From NCBI GenBank assembly GCA_944393235.1, contig CALXZJ010000003.1, positions 4,291 through 68,290 of the forward strand: DNA of 64,000 nucleotides, written 5' to 3'. The DNA is from an uncultured Alphaproteobacteria bacterium (GTDB taxonomy: Bacteria > Pseudomonadota > Alphaproteobacteria > RF32 > CAG-239). The position numbers were made by a program, and so were the translations under genes. This document shows, in pieces, positions 60,539-64,000 of the stretch (its first letter is position 1; every line of letters begins with the position of its first letter). Below the pieces are notes generated by a model. The model was not told the origin of the DNA and ran no database searches. It saw only the letters and a list, made by a program, of their open reading frames with translations.

Positions 60539-61099
60539 ATGAGTTTTTTTGATGTTTTGTTATTGGCATTAGCGCTTTCAGTTGATGCTTTTGTGGTTTC
60601 TTTTTCGTATGGGCTTATTATAAAGAAGCACCGCTGGCTTAATGGCATGAAAATAGCTTTGGCTGTTGGCGGCGGACAATTTTTAATGCCGATTGCCGGA
60701 TGGTATTGTTCGATTCCGGTGAGCGCTTATGTGGCGCGGTTTGACCATTGGCTGGTTTTTTTGGTTTTTGGTATTTTAGGTTTAAATATTATTATTAACG
60801 CTTTGTCTACCGAGGTTGGTAAATTGGAGAAAAATTTGACACTGCCGGTTCTTTTGGCTGTCGGTTTGGCAACAAGTATTGATGCTATGGCAGCCGGTGT
60901 CAGCCTTTATTTTGCAAAAGTCCAAATTTTTGGCGCGGCTTTGTTTATCGGATTGACAACATTTATATTGTCTTTGGTTGCTTTCTACTTAAAGCGATTT
61001 TTTAAAAAACTGCCGCGGCAGAAAATGGAAATCGGCGCCGGCGTTATCCTAATTTTGCTCGGCGTAAAAGTTTTGTGTGAACATTTGTTTTGGTCTTAA
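60539..61099 (+). CDS. mntP: Manganese efflux pump MntP
   Basis: ALALSVDAFVVS, ATSIDAMAAG. Confidence 0.9.
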   Translation: MSFFDVLLLALALSVDAFVVSFSYGLIIKKHRWLNGMKIALAVGGGQFLMPIAGWYCSIPVSAYVARFDHWLVFLVFGILGLNIIINALSTEVGKLEKNLTLPVLLAVGLATSIDAMAAGVSLYFAKVQIFGAALFIGLTTFILSLVAFYLKRFFKKLPRQKMEIGAGVILILLGVKVLCEHLFWS

Positions 61100-61195
61100 G
61101 AAAAAAATTTTTAAATATAATGTTTGACATTTTTGTCAATGTGTATATGCTTAAGATGATAACGATTAATTGTGTTAAATTAAAATTTATTTATT

Positions 61196-62089
61196 ATGGT
61201 AAAATTAGGGTTTTGTGGCGCACATAAGAATCTGCCATTGGAAGTTTTTGAAAATCTTTTAGCCAATCCTGAGGTTGTGATTGTCGGCGCTTTTGATGCT
61301 GATGCTGAAATGCTGGCAAAAATGGAAGAAAAGAACGGGGAAATTGTTCAGTACACGGACTATGGGCAACTGCTGGATGAGGTGGATGCCATTGTTATTT
61401 ACAATTCGCCGGCGTTTTTTACCAGATTGCGGCAGGCAATGGAAGCCAAAGTCCATATTATGTATGAATTTCCGCAATTTTCTTCGGAAGATGATGTCAA
61501 CTCTTTACGGAAACTCTTGATTTCGTATAAGGGCGGAAAAGCATTGGAAACGTGTTTCCCGCGTCATTATGATGTTATTTTTTCCAGTCTTACTATGATG
61601 CTTCCTGAGCTGGAAAAAGAATATGGACGTGTGACAAAAATTGCTATCTCGACACGCGTTTTGCAACAAAAAGGCAAATATGATTTGTTTGCAGATCGTT
61701 TTATCCATGATGTGGATGCTCTGGATTTGTGGCTAGGAACAGGGGATGCGTTGTATGAAAAAGTTGAAAGAAAGAAAAAGAATTATTCAATTGACGGAAT
61801 ATTCTTTCGCAGCAATCGTGATAAAGTATTGGTGCATCTGGAAACTTTTTATGCAAAACTTCCGTCAGAAGCCGGCGTTCAGATTATGCTGGAATTTGCT
61901 TGCGGCGAAACAGCAACGTATCGGAGTTTTGGAATGGCGAACCATGTCAGCTCAGTTAAATGCGCTTTATTTAACAAGAAGTTTATTGAGATGGCGACCC
62001 AAATGGATTGTGAAATTTCTGAATGGGCTAGGGTAAAAACCACAAAATTGTTGGAAAATGTTTTAGCAGTCAGTGAAATGCTGCGATAA
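61196..62089 (+). CDS. Divergent Gfo/Idh/MocA-like oxidoreductase
   Basis: KLGFCG, YTDY..LLD.VDAIVI, D.FIHDVD; canonical EKP replaced by EFP. Confidence 0.6.
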   Translation: MVKLGFCGAHKNLPLEVFENLLANPEVVIVGAFDADAEMLAKMEEKNGEIVQYTDYGQLLDEVDAIVIYNSPAFFTRLRQAMEAKVHIMYEFPQFSSEDDVNSLRKLLISYKGGKALETCFPRHYDVIFSSLTMMLPELEKEYGRVTKIAISTRVLQQKGKYDLFADRFIHDVDALDLWLGTGDALYEKVERKKKNYSIDGIFFRSNRDKVLVHLETFYAKLPSEAGVQIMLEFACGETATYRSFGMANHVSSVKCALFNKKFIEMATQMDCEISEWARVKTTKLLENVLAVSEMLR

Positions 62090-62101
62090 ACATTAAGAAG
62101 C

Positions 62102-62133
62102 AAAAAGCCTTGAGAATTGTTCTCAAGGCTTTT
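62102..62133. terminator. Bidirectional terminator
   Basis: aaaaagccttgagaa tt gttctcaaggcttttt. Confidence 0.75.
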
Positions 62134-63526
62134 TGTTTTGGCAGAGAACATCAAATTCATGCAATTTGTGTTCATACATTTTTTGGTTGTCGCCGCTTAA
62201 GGGCGCCGGTTTGCGGGCGATGGTGTATTGCGGCAGAAGTTTTTTGATTTCGGCAATCGGTTTGTTCCAAACTTGCGGGCGAATGCGGATTTTTTTGTGC
62301 TGGCCGGCAGAAACGCGCGGGGTGATTTCGGCGGTGTCGGCATCTTCAAATTCGGTTAAAGTCAGCCGGAAATTTTCTAAAGTTCCGGGGATTAAAAAGT
62401 CAATAAATTCGCCGCCGTTGATGTAGTTGCGAACTTCAAAAATCGCATCATCGCCCTGCCATTCAACAATGGAGCCGGCAAACAACCATTCGCCCAAGGT
62501 TCGGGTGTATTCATAGTTTTGGCTGATGTGCGTGAGCTTCCCGTCGTGAAAGCCGAGGCAATAGCCGCGGTTTTGCAGCGTGTATAAATCCGGCATGTAT
62601 TTTTGATAATCCCAATTTTCGTGGTCTTTGGCATAATCATCAATTGCCTGGCGATAGGCGCGCGCCACCGTGCCGGCGTAATATTCGGTTTTGTTGCGGC
62701 CTTCAACTTTAAGCGAATCCATACCGATGTCCAAAATCTCATTTAAACGCGGCATCAAGCACATATCTTTGGAGTTTAAGATGTAGCCGCCGTGCTCGTC
62801 TTCCACCACTTCATAATATTCCCCGGGACGAAAGTCCTCTTCCAAAAAGAACTCAAACATGTCTTTGTTTTCGGGCGTAATTTCCAAATCCTTAATGTTG
62901 TCGTCTTTGGTTTTGAGCAGAAGTTTATAATGCCAGCGGCAGCAATGGGCGCATTTGCCTTTGTTGGCGCTGCGGTCAGCCATAAAGTTTGAAATCAGAC
63001 AGCGGCCGGAATATGACATGCACATGGCGCCGTGGATAAATGTTTCCAGCAAAATGTCGGGGCAGCGGGCGCGAATTTGTTTCATCTCGGCAAAACTGAC
63101 CTCACGACCCAAGACACAAAGTTTGGCGCCCATAGACTGCCAAAATTTGACGGTTTGCGCCGAGCATATGTTGGCTTGTGTGGAAACAAAGCGGTTCAAC
63201 TCAGGTGCGTTTTCTTTTAAGTAGTAAAAAACGCCAGGGTCGGCTACCAACACGCCGTCCGGTTTGAGTTGGCGCAACGTGTCCACAAATTGCGGCAGTT
63301 TATCAGCTTCTTCATTATGAACGTATAAATTTAAGGTCAGGTAGATTTTTTTGTTTTGTTGGTGCACCAGCTCTATGCCTTGCGCCAAATCTTCCAAAGT
63401 AAAAGCCGATTGCGTGCGCAGGCTCATATCGGGCGTGCCGGCATAAACGGCGTCGGCGCCGTACATTAAAGCGGTTTTTAGTTTGACCAAAGAGCCGGCC
63501 GGCAGCAACAATTCTGATTTTGCCAT
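62123..63526 (-). CDS. trhP: U32 family tRNA hydroxylation protein (TrhP/YegQ-like)
   Basis: ELLLPAG, GADAVYAG, HGAMCMSYSGRC, G.C.H.CRW, SLKVEGR. Confidence 0.8.
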   Translation of the reverse strand: MAKSELLLPAGSLVKLKTALMYGADAVYAGTPDMSLRTQSAFTLEDLAQGIELVHQQNKKIYLTLNLYVHNEEADKLPQFVDTLRQLKPDGVLVADPGVFYYLKENAPELNRFVSTQANICSAQTVKFWQSMGAKLCVLGREVSFAEMKQIRARCPDILLETFIHGAMCMSYSGRCLISNFMADRSANKGKCAHCCRWHYKLLLKTKDDNIKDLEITPENKDMFEFFLEEDFRPGEYYEVVEDEHGGYILNSKDMCLMPRLNEILDIGMDSLKVEGRNKTEYYAGTVARAYRQAIDDYAKDHENWDYQKYMPDLYTLQNRGYCLGFHDGKLTHISQNYEYTRTLGEWLFAGSIVEWQGDDAIFEVRNYINGGEFIDFLIPGTLENFRLTLTEFEDADTAEITPRVSAGQHKKIRIRPQVWNKPIAEIKKLLPQYTIARKPAPLSGDNQKMYEHKLHEFDVLCQNKKP

Positions 63527-63530
63527 TGGT

Positions 63531-64000
63531 TTAATCCTTTATAAAAACTTCTGTGGTGTAAGCTTTAAGCTTCCCTAACGGGGTCGATTTGATTTCGATT
63601 TTTGCCAGAAACGGCAGCTTGCTTTCGCTGTCTTGCAGCACCCAAAAATAAATCGGGCGGTCGGAAGTGGTGTTCCATAACAAATCGCCATCATCTTCTT
63701 CATCAAGGCTTTGGATATACACGGAGCATTTCAAAGCCTCGCCGGAATAGGGGATTTCTTCATCTTTGAGCGTTTCTTTGCCTTCATCTTTAAAAACAAC
63801 CTTATAATTCTTTTTGCCATCGAAAACAGTTTTTTCCATGGCGCAAAAATTGTTATCAATTATCTGACGGGCGACAGAAGCAAAAACTGTTTGCAAGTCG
63901 CTGGCATCAAAGGGGGTGTCGGGCAGGGTGATTTCCACCCGTTTGGGTTTGCCGTCCTTAGAACTTAAACGATGATCCAAAACGCCGTTTTCATCAAACA
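63531..64000 (-). CDS. DUF3108-like protein, 5' end outside window
   Basis: DLQT, VFDGKKNY, C-terminal beta-rich pattern; the frame runs to the window edge. Confidence 0.5.
   Translation of the reverse strand, partial: FDENGVLDHRLSSKDGKPKRVEITLPDTPFDASDLQTVFASVARQIIDNNFCAMEKTVFDGKKNYKVVFKDEGKETLKDEEIPYSGEALKCSVYIQSLDEEDDGDLLWNTTSDRPIYFWVLQDSESKLPFLAKIEIKSTPLGKLKAYTTEVFIKD

Noticed and set aside
1-64000. tRNA, rRNA, integrase or transposase genes
   Set aside because: None recognised by eye; a tRNAscan/Infernal run would be needed to exclude them fully

Overview
Chromosomal window of an alphaproteobacterium with moderate to low GC. The taxonomic call is an inference from gene order and protein style, which fit a host-associated or gut lineage with GRSMVE-type pilins and Cys-rich exported proteins. 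Most of the window is housekeeping: an RND efflux operon, recG, folD, miaB-phoH-ybeY-lnt-trmB, the S10-spc-alpha ribosomal protein cluster, ffs-dnaX-ybaB-recR, rsmI, secA, mutY, rplQ, mntP and trhP. The ribosomal superoperon is broken twice. (1) Between rplO and secY lies an island with an internally deleted zeta toxin, its putative antitoxin, a C4-like antisense RNA, an HTH gene and a 37-aa-repeat protein. (2) Directly after rpoA, where rplQ normally sits, lies a type IV pilin-like gene. Its translated leader is built from three in-frame palindromic elements resembling Rickettsia palindromic elements (RPE), its promoter has a poly-A tract between -35 and -10, and it is flanked by further palindromes, a 121-bp tandem repeat and CGTC-type REPs. 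This pilin locus is the best candidate for an undescribed system. Other highlights are a TerY-P (vWA-PP2C-kinase) triad headed by an unannotated small lipoprotein, an A9 slippage site in dnaX, and a cluster of five GANTC sites upstream of rpsJ. All calls come from reading motifs by eye; no database searches were run.
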